NCBI GenBank assembly: GCA_965202585.1
Contig: OZ241827.1
Coordinates: forward strand, 13,330,001 to 13,394,000
Reading direction: 5' to 3'
Origin: Thalia democratica
Taxonomy: Eukaryota
Length of the DNA stretch: 64,000 nt
Each line of letters starts with the position of its first letter. Positions within the stretch are counted from its first letter, which is position 1. Below, in pieces: positions 1 to 13,855 of this stretch. The translations under genes were made by a program, and so were the position numbers. The notes below the pieces were generated by a model that did no database searches, had not been told where the DNA came from, and saw nothing but the letters and a program-made list of their open reading frames with translations.

Positions 1-1413
1 TAGTTATTACATTGTTGATGTAAAAGATAGTTCTCAAGTATAGTTTAAATGTTTTATCTTATCAAAAGGATGTAAAAAATCATTCAAGAGACATCAAAAG
101 AGTGTAAAAATAATGTAAATATTACGGGTTAGATATATACACCTTTTTAAGCAAACTACAGCAGTTAAAGTCACAAAAACAGGTCAAAATCTTAAAAAGG
201 TGTTTTTATAGCCTTAAAATAAGTTTAACAAAAATTTCTACAATTTTGATAAATTAAAATTAACATTATATGTTTCAATTAATTTTTTAATTCATAACTT
301 TCGTAGAACTTAAAATATATTAAGATAGAAGTTTTAGAATCTTTGTATTTTTTATAAAGACTTTTTGCGGTTATGTTAAAATTTATTTAAAATTCTATAA
401 TTACCATGGTGGTAAAATGATGTAATTTTTTAAGTATTTTAGTTGTGCTAAATTAAATATTTATAATAAACGTATATACAAAGTGCACTTTTGAAATATC
501 AATTTCAGATGTAAAGTAAAATTAACAAACAATCTTGATTTAATTTATCACAATAAAATAAAACAATCTATGTAAATGTCTGACTAATGACTTAAAAAAG
601 ACAAATTAAATTTTTTCATGTTATTTTTATCCAATTATACGCTTTAAGTATTGATTAAATTTTGTGGTTTATAATAAATCTCGGTCTTACAACAAAGTTT
701 TTGTCTTTCTATAATCATAATCCAGTAAAATTAACAGATGAAAGTTTTTTTTTAATTGACAATTTATCAAATTAAAAAAAAAATATTATGTTTTTTTTTA
801 AACTTGTGATAGATTTTTAACTAATTTATGTTAAAATTTTTAAGAACATTTTAATTGTGATTAAAAAACTTAAATACAGATGGTGACACTAATATTTAAT
901 TTTTTTAGTATTCATAAATGTTAGACATTACTATAAAATTAGTATGAAAAAACTTTTATGATTATTGACTATTAATTCAAACGTTGTTACAAAACACTAA
1001 GTAAAGACAAAGGTATAATAAAACAAACAAAAGTACAGAATAAAATATCAACTTTAGCTATAACCAAATAACTATGAACCAAAATTGTACGCTCTACATT
1101 GTATTTTAGTTTTTCAAATATAACTGCAACATTTTTTTGTTTGCCGACATTTTATTAAACACAATATTTACTCGTGATAGGTCAGCCACAATAAAAGTAA
1201 TAGGTGCTAACAACGAGTTGATTATTTTTAGAAAATTTAAACTGCAATGTTTCAACTGCAACCAACGCAACGCAACTTTTGGTTGTCAACTGTTAATTAT
1301 AACACTATTTCAAAACACATAGTAAACACAAAATGTTCTTGTAAGCGGTCAGCCACAATAGAATTAGTACGTGTTCCCAACTTAACCAACTTGCCAGTCA
1401 AACAAATACTTAC

Positions 1414-1544
1414 ATGAACACAGGAAGCTACTCATCGAACGAGTATATCTTGAGTTTGTTTACATATATGCCCAATTGACACATTTCCATTTAGTTGGTG
1501 CGCTCGTGTAAGTGTCAGGATAGTGCCGGGGTACGAGATTTATA
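1414..1544 (-). promoter_or_regulatory. Paralogous TATA promoter and non-coding first exon; predicted to serve a gene left of the window
   Basis: TATAAA at 1544-1539, putative start ~1513, donor CAT|GTAAGT at 1414/1413. Homologous to 37012-37153. Confidence 0.55.
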
Positions 1545-2890
1545 CGTAACCTGGTTTAGAACGTATCTTCACGTTTTTTCTTGTGGGCTTTATTAACTAA
1601 TAAATCGCAAACTCGTATTTTACCTTTAATTTTGTTTTGGTGTCAATACACACTCTATAATCTTTATATGATTGAAAACAATTTTTTTCAACTCGTTGCT
1701 TTATTTTTACGTAAAAATAATAATAAATTTGTTGAGATTACCTAGTGACTGTTTTGATAAATTTATGTATTAAGTTGCTTTATACGATAATAGAGTAAAA
1801 ACTTAACTAGTATTTGCTAACTGGGATACGTGATTCATTTATGAAACTTTTTCACGTTTTTTACCAAATTTGATAACGTAAACGTCTCGTAAACTTAAAG
1901 TTTGTTTTAGTATCAATATACACACTAAAACTCGAAAAATAACTTGATAAGGGCTTTAATGTTACAGCTGCGTTTTACATGCAATTTTGTTTAATATTTT
2001 CTAGTAGCTCTAAATCATAAGCTTAAATATTAAATATATAAAGAAAAGTTAACTAATATTTTCTAAAAAAACACAAAATAAACTAAGACTATAAACATAA
2101 TCAAACAAATTTTTGATATTAAATTTAACATGCTGCATTAAAACTGTTTATGTTTCAATATAAAATAGCTTCAAATTAATGTTTTAACTAATAAAATTGC
2201 TTTTAAGTAATATCACTCATGAATTCAGTAACTATTTTATCATTACTCACAAATCTCCTACTTAGAAAATAGTTAAGCCATTTCCTGTTTTTCTACTGAT
2301 TATTAAACATTGATAACCAAAAAACAGCTAATTAATCTTTTATTAAATTTAAAATGTCATTAACATTGTAAAACTCTAACAGATAGCGAAGCTAATTAAT
2401 ATCTTTTATACTCGATCTAAAAAAAAATGTATTTAGTAGTTATAAACTCGAAAATAAAAAATAAAAACTTTAGAAGCAACATCTCATTTACTTTAAAACA
2501 TCAAACAACTAATTAATACATAAAAAATAATTTTCTACTTAACAAAAAACTTATGTTCTATAACTTAAGAAACTGTTTTAACTAAAACATAGTGTTGTTT
2601 TAATCACTTTGTTTACAAAAACAAACTAACCAAAAGTGCAACGCTGTGCAAGACCCATCCAACTTGTTGTAAAAACAAAATAAATAAATAACAACTTTCA
2701 AGTTTGGAAATTACTACCAACCGAACTCGTTCCGGAGCTTTGTACTGCCTCTATTTACACCGTGAAAGATTATCAAAACAAAATAAATTTAGTAGGCGCT
2801 TTTGTATGTGGGATTACTAAAAGCTTTATGTAGAGTGTTTTTACACAACAACTGGTACTGGTAGCTTCTTGTGGTTCCACTGGTGAAAAC

Positions 2891-2902
2891 TGAACTTGAC
2901 CT
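2891..2902 (-). promoter_or_regulatory. DR0-type nuclear receptor response element (AGGTCA-AGTTCA); also 38230-38241
   Basis: TGAACTTGACCT is identical in copies 1 and 2 while the sequence to its right diverges. Confidence 0.45.
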
Positions 2903-5199
2903 ATGTGTAGGTCTGTTTTTACAGTTAATTTTACAATATTAATAACCAGAATAAGTTAAGTATTTTATTATTAATAGAACGTAACATAAATTTTTACAGT
3001 TGCTACAAACCTGAAAACTTAACTGAACCCTTTTTTAGTACTAGACTGATGTTTTCGAAAGCAAATACTATATTTTGCTTATAGAATTTTTGAACTTTTG
3101 CTTAAAGTTGTAGGTAAAATAAATTTATTTACTTTTCATATTTTAACTTTTAACAAATATTTTTATTTTATCTATGCATTAGATTTAAAAGAAAAAAAGT
3201 TAATGTGCAACCTAAAAAGTTTATGTATTCATTTTAAAAGATTTGTGCAAAAATAAAAGGACAGCAAATTTTATCCTGTGAAAAAATTATAATTCTGGGA
3301 ACAAACATCTGGTGCCAAACAATTTCTTACAAGTTATGTGTGTTTTATATTTAATCAATTTAATTCAGCCTTGTCAAAACGTTTCTCCATAAAGCTAAAC
3401 GTAAATGGTTTTAACTTTTTCAATTTTTAAAATCAGCTTAAAAATCAAAAGTGTTTTCTTTTTTAACTGAGGTTTATAGCAGTCTTATTGAAGTACAAAA
3501 ATATGTCAAATGCTAAAAAACTTCATTTTATTTTTTTATTCATGTGATGTAACTGTATTGGAAAAACGTGGTATTATTTGACAATCCTACAACTTGAGTT
3601 TTAAATAAAATGTGATAACTATTAAATATACTTATAAAAAACTTTGTTTATTGTTAGTAACCATTTAAATTTTTTAGAATTATATTAACCTAAGTTTTTA
3701 TATTTTATAATTTTTATAGAAATTTCTAAATTAAACTACAAAATTTTACTAACAGCTAAAAAAAATTAATACAATTTTTAAATAGTTTTTGGAATATTAA
3801 AACTGTTGTTTAAAAATCTGGTAAATAAAAAAAACTTCGAAATTGTAGCTTTTGTAGAACATTTACTTCTTGCAGTGAGTTTTAACTTTTTATGTTTGAA
3901 TAAAATGTTTGTTTAAACAGATAAAAACAATTTTTGTTTAACAGAAAACTAGTTGTTTAAGTTTAGCTTAATTTATTTAAAATAATTTTACGTACGAAAA
4001 GTTGTAAAGAAAATTTGATCTTCGATTTCGAAAGAAATAAAAACATTTGATGTGATTCGAAAATAGCACGACCGCTTTTATATAATACCAATGCTTAAAC
4101 GACACCAAAAACACATTAAAGTGTTTTCTAAATTAATTACAATGTCATCATAATTGTTACAAAACAAAACCATTAACCGAAAAGATTAGTTAATTTAATC
4201 GACTGCTTTTTTGTTCATGCTGGTCAAATGACAAATATTTTTACGGATTTCACGGAAAGTTAATCTCTAATTATATCTCAATTAATTAAATTATATAATC
4301 TATTTTTGGTCACAAAATATAAAACTTTTTAAATATTGCTTCAACTTTGTAACTACTGCAAAAAAAAGCACAAGCTATAAAGCGTTTTTTTTTTATTCTT
4401 AGCAAATTATTAAATCAGTTGACATTATACTATGTTATTTTTCAAGTTAAGACAAAACTAATTAAGCTGTGTTTTTATCACTTTCTAAATTGTTGTCATT
4501 ATTTAAAGCTGGGAAAAACACCCGACTAAATTTCTTAACTTTTTATTAACTATTTTGTTAACGTAAAGTACTTATAAAAAGTTTAAGTATCAAGTAAAGT
4601 TTACAAAACAATATAACACTCCTGAAAAAGTTGACATACATGAAATTTTGATATTTGTAGCAAAATCTAAACTAAATCAAAACCACCATAAAATAAGGGT
4701 TTGAAAATAAAACAATTACTGGCTTTTGTTTAAAATAACTGCTAACCCGCAAACAGCTGATTGTAAATTACAGTCATTAGCTTTAGACAAACGTCAATTG
4801 AAGATGGTAAACCCTTTATAATTGCTTTCTAATGAAACGTATTTAGTTAAAGAAGTTTTATGTAAACAAAATTAAGCTGTTTGGAATAGTTTTTAATATG
4901 TTCTTGTATGAAAACCAAAAGTTTCTTGTTATTTAAAACTAAAAGAAAAAGTTAAAAGATGTGCTTTAAATAATTTTTTTTTAAGTTAAGAAAGGTATAT
5001 AAAATGACCTTGAAGATCTAATAGAAAACAATAAAATTGGAATATGACTTATCATGCTCACTATGTATTTGAGTTTTAAACTAACAGTTATAGTTTACAA
5101 GCTTATTATAACTATTCAAACAGGAAAAAACTAAAGTTGAGGTAATTAGTATTTATCTTGTTCATTGGTTTTTCTGCAAATTTATTTATCTTGATACTT

Positions 5200-5600
5200 T
5201 TAATATCAAAAATTTTAGAAACAAGATTATAGCAATGTAAAATAAAATATAACTGACAAAAAAAGCAAACTTTTTGGTTGCTGTAAATTTTAAACAATAA
5301 AATTATGATAAAACGTTTATCTCGATATAATCACTAAACAATTGAAATATTATATAACATAATTATTATATTAGCTCAGTATAATCAAAATAATTAATAA
5401 AATAACTAAAGTTATAGCAACTCGTCTTGATTTAATTTGTTGTTTGTTCACAGATTTATTTAAACTTAATACATTTTATATCAAAAATGTTATTAAAAAA
5501 ATTGTAGCATTGTAAAATAAAATATAACTTATAATAACAGCAAACTTTTTGGTTACGGTAAATTTAATAAGAAAAAAATATGATAAAACTCTTATCTTTT
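5200..5600 (+). repeat. Local ~280-bp degenerate tandem duplication specific to copy 1
   Basis: ATATCAAAAA...GCA(A/T)TGTAAAATAAAATATAACT...GCAAACTTTTTGGTT...ATGATAAAAC occurs at ~5200-5330 and ~5477-5600. It is single in copies 2 and 3. Confidence 0.75.
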
Positions 5601-6293
5601 TTAATTTAAAAAAAAAGAAATAAATTTTAAACAAACATCATAAATTTAATGTAACTTATAACATTTATTATCTTGTAATTTAATGTACATTACAAGATAA
5701 TAAAATAATACTTTGATTAGTACTAGCTACAATAAAAATATAGTTTTATATCATAAACCATTTCAGTATAAAGAAAAATACTTTGATTAAGATTTTAATA
5801 AAATGTTTTGCATAAAATTGTAATTGGTAGAAAAATTAAAAGAAAAATTTGATTAATTAGGTAACTAAAACGGTTTTTTGTTTACAAAAATGAAACCTTT
5901 AAACAATATAAATATGTTTTAAATTTGTTCTGTTTACTGACACAATAAAACTTGAATAAAAATTCAACTAAAATGATCTAATAAAGGTTGTTGATTGCAC
6001 GCAATAATTGTTCACATAAGTTTTAAAAATTAGCAAAATATCAAAAATTTATAAGTATCATATTTATATAAAAGAAGCATAAGTATAACAGTATATATGT
6101 CTAAATTTGTTCACTACGAAAGTATAAATTAAATCAATAATAACTTAGGTAAATATTTCAATTAATAATAAATACAGTTTTTTAAACGACAATAATTAAG
6201 TGAAATATTTTATAGAACTCCATACGAAATAAAAATGCTGCAATTTTAAGCCTAAATGTGTTTTGTTACATTTAAGACCTGAAAACGGTACGT

Positions 6294-6301
6294 TGACGTA
6301 A
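6294..6301. promoter_or_regulatory. CRE/bZIP-like site TGACGTAA conserved in all three copies (40725-40732, 50578-50585)
   Basis: GTACGTTGACGTAACA is invariant in the three copies. Confidence 0.4.
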
Positions 6302-9300
6302 CAGTTAAAATGATTTAAAAGTAAGAAACGAAAATTAATTTAAAAAATACTCAACTAACGTATTTTAAACTTAATTTTTTACTTTTGTTATTTTACTTGT
6401 ACTACTTATTAAAAAAAATTCAAAGTATAAGATAACACGAAACGAACAGACTAAAACTTCAAATAAAGTCTAAAATTCAAAAAGTTTTCATTAAAATAAA
6501 TTTTTCCTAAGTAATCCAAAAACAAGACTACTTTGCTTATTGTTTACAGTAAACGTGCTAAATTTCTTAAATAAACATGTAACAATATTTAATGTTTGAG
6601 AAAAGATCGTTTACTTAAGTAAAAATAGGCAAAGCTGAGTAGAAATGGAATTAAATAGTTTAATCCAAGTCAGATTTAGCACAAGCACCTGCTTCAAGGA
6701 CAAGTTTTGTTGGAGAAACTAAAAACTTCTAAATTTCGTATCAAACTTGTAGAATATTTTGATGTGATTTTTTTCTTCTATGTCTAACTTTAAGCAAGCT
6801 AAAAGGTTTAATTTTATAACTTGAAACATTTAAGTTAGTTCCTAAAATTTTTAATCACGAAAACTGTTTGCTGTTGTAAAGTAGTTTGGAAAATTTTTCT
6901 TTTATTTTACTCAATTTACTTAAGCAACTAACTGTTAACGTAATACATTTGCCTTCAAATTTAGTATTAGATTTGCATTTTAATCTTAAATCACAATTAA
7001 AATATAAAAGCTAGTATGGCATTTTTTATCAAATTACTTTTTTACATTTAAAGAAATAGTAAAACTAAACTTTTCTATATGTTTTAAAACAAGTCAAAGT
7101 ATAACAAATTTATGTGACTATTATTTTTCTTTTGAATTAAAATATTAATAAACTGTAGAGTAGAACTTTTTATAAAGCAAACATTTGTATTTTGATTTTT
7201 AATTGAAATATGTCAATTTAAAAAAAATAAATTCAATCTATTAAGGACATTTGTTTTATTGTTCATATTTAGATTTATTGTTTGTTGCTGATATTTTGGC
7301 TTTGTAAAACCGAACCACGTTTTCGAAAAAATTAATGATGATAAAACAAAGTTTGAACTTTTCGTTTTAAGTAAGCTGTTTACTTTAAATAAATCAACCA
7401 TTCTATTATAGTAAATTTTTAATAATGTTTAGTTAAGTACTTTACACGAACTTATCAATGAATAAACGCATAGTTTTTTTTGTGTTCATTCTTACTTTGT
7501 ACAAATAGAACTTAATATAAGTTATATGGTATTAAAGCTTGTGGCTGTACTATAAAATGGTTGATAAAGTTTAGGTAGTTTTTCTCGCTATAACAGTACT
7601 TGTGTGCATACTTAACAACTAGAAACAGTATTTAAACATATACAATAGTTTTTAGAAAAAACTTATTAGACTAAGATTTTTTGATTGTGCTAGCCATAAA
7701 CTGGTATATAGTTAAAAATAAACTTCTTAAGGTTTCCAAAACAATTCGGTAAAAAGATAATGAAACTGTTAATCTTATTAACGTGATTTTTAAGGGTAAA
7801 AATATGAACAATAAGTGTTAGCTAATTGTACTATTTAATCTTTCTTAGCTAACACTGTTTTGAGATCTAGTTTTTGTTCTTGAAGTTTAGTATCAACTTT
7901 ATCAAATTTCAAAAGAAGTAAGAGTTGGTACAGTTTACCAATATACATAAACAGTACATAAAGTTTTTAATTTTTTTAAAGTTGTATTAGCCTAAATTAA
8001 TTTTTATAAAGACTGTTTGAGACTACACTTTTAAAATATTGATATTATTAAGGTTTAGAACTGCTGCTACTAACATTTAACTTTTCATTACCTTTATAAA
8101 ATTAATAATATAAAGGTTAATAATTTTTATTAAATTAAATTTGTGCGTAAAAAAAATTAAAATTAAAAATACTAGCTTTTGTAATACAATACAAAGGATA
8201 ATGATTTTCTGAAAAAACAACCCTACTATACGTACTATTTGTATAAATTTCAACTTGATATTGTATAAATAACACACAGAAACGCGTTAAATATTGATTT
8301 AGCAGTTTTAAACAAACGTCAAATTTAACGAAACTTACTTATTACTATAAACATTAGCTTTTTTACTAGAGGTTTGTAATTGACATAAACATGCTAAGAG
8401 TGTCAAGTTAAGCTGATTCTCGTATAATATACATGATAATTCGTGAAATAACGTCAAATATTTATTCTCAAAATTTAAATACTTTTTAAGGTAAGGCATT
8501 GTTGAAAGCTTGAGGTAAGAAATTAAATATATTTTTTGACAAATCGAACAAAGTATATTTCTTATTGTTCATTAATAAAGTCAATTAACTTAAGTTTATG
8601 AAATTAAAAATCAAGCTTGACAACAAATTAAATAAATTTATTGTAAGAAAATTTGAAATATTATTTTAAATATAGAGAAAATCATTTTAATGTTTTTACG
8701 AAATTTTAAACTTACTTCATTTATTAGTTTTTATCAAAACTTTTAACCATTGTTTTCTTTAACGACTAAAACCAGCATGTAAAATAAAAAAAAAATCTAA
8801 CTATTTTTGTATTCAGACAGTGAATAACTACAAAAACTTTTTAATAATTTACATTATATGGTGAAGTTGCTTATTTGTGTACAATTAAACCTACAAGTTT
8901 AAAAGATTACTATTAAGTATTTTTTATTCCTCTGCATCCTATATGACATCATCAAGATTCGCTAACTCTTAATTTTTTGGAATAACTAATGTAAACATTA
9001 AAAAATTTTAAATATTACTTGTAAAATAAATTTAAAAAATAACGAGTATACTTATTTTTCTAGATAACAATATTGATAACGTTTGCTTATCACTTAGTCT
9101 TAGATAAACAAATAAAGTAATTTTAAATAAATTCTTAAAAACACAAGTTAACTTGTTTTACAGTTTTATATAATTAAAACTTAAACCAGTTTTTAATTCA
9201 ATAAGCTGGTATCAATTTTTCTTAAAAAACTAGCTTATAAAATGTGTCTTAATATGTAATAAATTACTAAGTATAGTAAATGCTAAAGGAACATTAAAAC

Positions 9301-12300
9301 TTAAGTTTTTTAATCAACTAGCACATTAATTTTAAATGGATTTTATTATGTGTTGTACAATTTTATGATAAGTGAACTTACTATTTTAAGTTTCATTGAT
9401 AACCTAGTTTTTATAGCAAAATTATATACATAATTTTTTTTAATTAGCTTAACAATCTGTTTCAGAAATATCAAATACAATAAAATGTTTCATTTTTTTC
9501 ATATTATAAGAATAGACACAGAGAAATAAAAACTCAAAATAAATAGTATTTTTTTAATTCTAACCTGTTTATTTTTATTTTGTTATTTTTTTTATCATTA
9601 TAATTATTGAACTTTATTGTCAAACGAAGGACCTAGGCATTAAAACCTAAGCAACTTAAACTGTAAGACACTAGCATTAAAATAAAACATATTACAGTAT
9701 TGAAATAAACAAAAAACTTTTACAAAGTACAAACTGAAAAAACTCAAACTTTTATAACTAAAATATTTAAACAACTCGAAAGCTGTTAATTTTCAAATAT
9801 ATATTCCAAAACAATAGTCTTTAGCACCTCTTGTCAAAGTCTTTCAGATTCTGGCTCGAAATTCTAGGAACTATCCTGAAGATATAAGTCAACTATTCTT
9901 CATCAAACAAGAAATTTTAAAACGGCATTTATTTTTAACTTTAGATATAAATTTTCTTGATGTAGAATATTGATCTCAACAAATATTCGTTATTCATCAA
10001 TTTTTCAAAGTTTTACTACGGCATATTTAGTTAGAAATTACTTCAAATATGTGGTAGCAACAATTTATAAATCTAGCTTACCAATCAACTCAGCATCCAA
10101 TAATTTTAGAATCTAAAGTCTCAAGCACATTGACAATAGACCGGCAAAAAATCAAAATAAAATAGTATTTAAGATCTACTTTAACTATTATTTTCTGTTG
10201 TACCTTTTTGAAACCAAGAACAAAATAGTAATTTCGAGTAAAACTTTAAGCACTTTGTAATAAATAGATTATTCATCATTAGTTTTCTTCAAAATTTGAT
10301 AAATTAAATTACGGCCAAATAAAATGTTTTTTTGTCATTAAGGTCATTTAAACACGATTACATAATATAACTAACTCAATTTATTTCTGAGAACTTGTGA
10401 AACTTTCATTAAATAAAAACTGTACATATAGTGCAAAATAAATCACCTGCTATTAATAATTTTAAAAATAGTTCGATCAATTTGTGATTAATAATTTTTT
10501 TCACCATTAAGGTCATTGATTAAGAATAAGTTGTATAAATAACTCAACTAAAAAAAATACTTTTAAAACTTTTAAAAAGTGTGTTAATGTTAAAACTAAA
10601 ATGTGCGAAACCATATATGTTGTGATAAATATAAAGTTATGCTGGTACTGACACCCACAATGGTTCAGTTTAGACTTATTTCAAGGAAAACAAACAACAT
10701 ACAGACTATTCTTGCTAACATTTATTACTTTGCGGTTTTAAACAAAGATAAATTTAGGTCACCAAAAATAAAGTATTAACTTGCTAGTGATATTACCGCA
10801 CAATTTTAATATTATTGAAATAAAAATGTTATTACATATATTATTAGTTTTAACTTCAATTTTTGTTATTTTCATAAATTTTAAAAATATATTATGTAAA
10901 TTTAAAGAACTTAAAAAAGGTTTTGTATCTTAACAATTATAAAAAAATGCTTTAAATAACAAAATAATATTTCATACAAAAATATAAAGTTTGATTTAGT
11001 TATTAAAAAAAAATAATAAAATATTTTGTACAAAGCATTAGAAATACTATTGTCTATCTTTAAACTATTTTATTTATAAATGACTTAAACTTCTTAAATT
11101 TATTCTATTTGATTTCTTTATTTACTGTGTTTAATATAGTTATAATCCTTTTTTTACAAATTGAAAAAACTTAAAAAATGGTTTTGTGTCTTTAAATTAA
11201 TATAGAAAAGCGTTGTAGATAACTTTACAGTATTTTAAATATAAATACACGACTTGATTTGCCAATTATTTAGTAGTAAATAAAAAAAAATGTTTTAAGT
11301 TAAATATTAAAAGTATTTTTAAATATGTCTTAAAATGTCTTAAACTAAAATTTTTACTTATCATATTCAAATTAGTTTTGTTTAATACGATTACTTTTTT
11401 GTAAGTATAAATTTTCTCATTGCTAAACAAGCCTATATTAAATTTTAACTTAATTAAAGAAATTACAAAGTTTGATTAACAAAATCTACCTCAAGTTACT
11501 TTCGTTTGTTTCCTGTTTATATAACTACAATGCTACAAATTAACGACTGTTTTTTTTTTTTTGCTTTTTTGGTAAAAGTTTAACTTGCTTTATATTTTAA
11601 CTTATGGTTTATTCCAATTAATACCATTTACTGAATGTAGGCTCTAGAGAACAATTAAAATTGTATTGAAAACAACGCCATACCAAAATAAACTTTGAAT
11701 TGTTTTTTTTTGGTAAAATTATTTATACATGTGCTTATATTTTAAACTTGGTTTGAATCCTTTTATCTAATGTCAAATTAAAGCTTTGATTGTACTTCCT
11801 ATCAGCAAATTATGTATTTAAGCTTTCTAATCTTTTAAACTAACGTACCACACTGCAATTGGATAATATTATTTTACGGTGAGACTAATTTCTTTTTTTT
11901 TTTTCAAACTGTAATTCGGTGATACCGTTATTTATTTTATGTTATTATTTTTAAAATTTTAGACTAGTTGCTTTTTTTTCGCGAAGTAACTTATAAACTA
12001 TGCCGTGTTTTTCCATAAAACACTGGCAAACTCACATTTTTACGATAAACTAAAACAAAGTTCAAGGTATATGTTACAAATTTTAGCCTTATGCACTGAT
12101 TAAAAAAATAACATTGAACATAAACTATTACAAAAAATGCAATCTGTTTAAATTACCTCTAAAATGATAATAATTATAATTTGTTCTAATTATTAAAATA
12201 GATTTTACTTCTTACTTTCAGTTTTTATTACTTTCTTTTCACTTTTAGGCTAGTTAAATTTGTTTTCAATGTAAACTTTTTTTTAAGTTAGAATTATACA

Positions 12301-13855
12301 ATAATCATAAAGTACCAAGTATTAAGTCACAACAATTAAAATTATTTTATTATGATTAAAATCATACAAGTTTTCAAATATAAGATTGAAATATAAAACT
12401 GCTTAATAAGTTAAAAAATTTAAAGTATTTCGAAAGTTTACGTAATACTCTTGGCGATAGGCGGTACTTTAGTTATAAGGGAACTAAAAAGCCCTTAACT
12501 TAACATTTTTTAAATATAGTTTAGTTAGATTTAAACATCGCAATTGCAACCAATCGTTTTTAAACAAAACTTTAATAAAAAATAAGGATTATAACTTATT
12601 AATAAAATCACTATTTTGTTTTGATTTTTTAGATCGGAGAATCACTCCAATACTCCGACCGAGGCGACGCCTATAGACCAAACTACTAAAATTTATTAAA
12701 CTATTTTAGAAATTTTGGAAACTTTATTGTAAACATTACTGTCAAAGATATTGTTAAAACGTTTTTGAAAAAAAAACCTCAGTTTATTATTTGGTTTGGT
12801 TGGTAATAATTACAAAGAAAGAGATTTTGTCAATTATACTAAAGGTTTATACTTGAGTGTTCCGGAGGCTTTAATGAAATTTCGAAAAACGCAACAATTT
12901 ATAACTTTTATAGTTATTTTGTTCAAAATTTTAGTTTTGTTAAATTTGACATAATGATGTTATTATAGAGCTAAGTTGTGGAACACGAAAAAAGAAATTT
13001 TTTTTTTTTTCAAATAAGTCGACTAATTCAAATTTAACTTTACATAATTTCCGGAAACAAATGCGTTTTATGAAATTATCTACTTAATTTAGTAATCTTT
13101 TCTAAAGGGTATTTTCATGTGACTTCTTCAGAATTTTAACGCAAGTTTGAAGCTAAGTATTTTAAGTTGAAATTACTTATTTTATTTTTTAATATGCAAA
13201 CCGCATGATCTACTTACTAAAAAATCGGTTTAACGTTTCACTAAAACATTACTGAAGCTAAAACATTTACTAAAACTTTAAGCTATGATTAAATTATTCA
13301 CTTAAAAGATTATTCTAATCTTTAACATCCTAATTAAAATTTACATGGTTCTACTTACTTTTATGTTCTTAAAATATGAAATATAGTTTTTATATTAATT
13401 TTGTACTTCTTAAACATTTTTACTACGCTTGTTTGCTAAGTTAATAATAAAATAATTTGTTATAAATATTTGCCTTTTTACTAAATTAAAGGTATATTAG
13501 TTACATAATCTTTTACATACTATAAAGGAAAAAAAAGAAGTATTACACATTTCGTAATATTAATTTAAAAAAAAATTGTAATGCAAATATTGAAAAATGT
13601 TTTCACAAAAGTATTGTTTTTTCAGTGATCTAAAAACTTTTTTTGAAAAATAATATAAACTCTTATAATGGCAACTAATTATGACGTTATAAAAGTTTAT
13701 AAAAAAAAAACTACTTCAGCTTTATGAGAATACGTTTGTATTAATAAGAAAATTTTTTAATAAATTTTTTAATAAAATACAAAACGTTTAGACTTAATCA
13801 TTTAAGTAGAAGGAACAGATATGTTTGAGTTATATTATGTTGCTCTGATATCATA

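Noticed and set aside
1424-1508. Possible plus-strand exon (KLLIERVYLEFVYIYAQLTHFHLVGAL) ending at GTAAGT
   Set aside because: The copy 2 homolog has non-synonymous changes, an indel and an in-frame stop. The minus-strand TATA/first-exon reading fits both copies.
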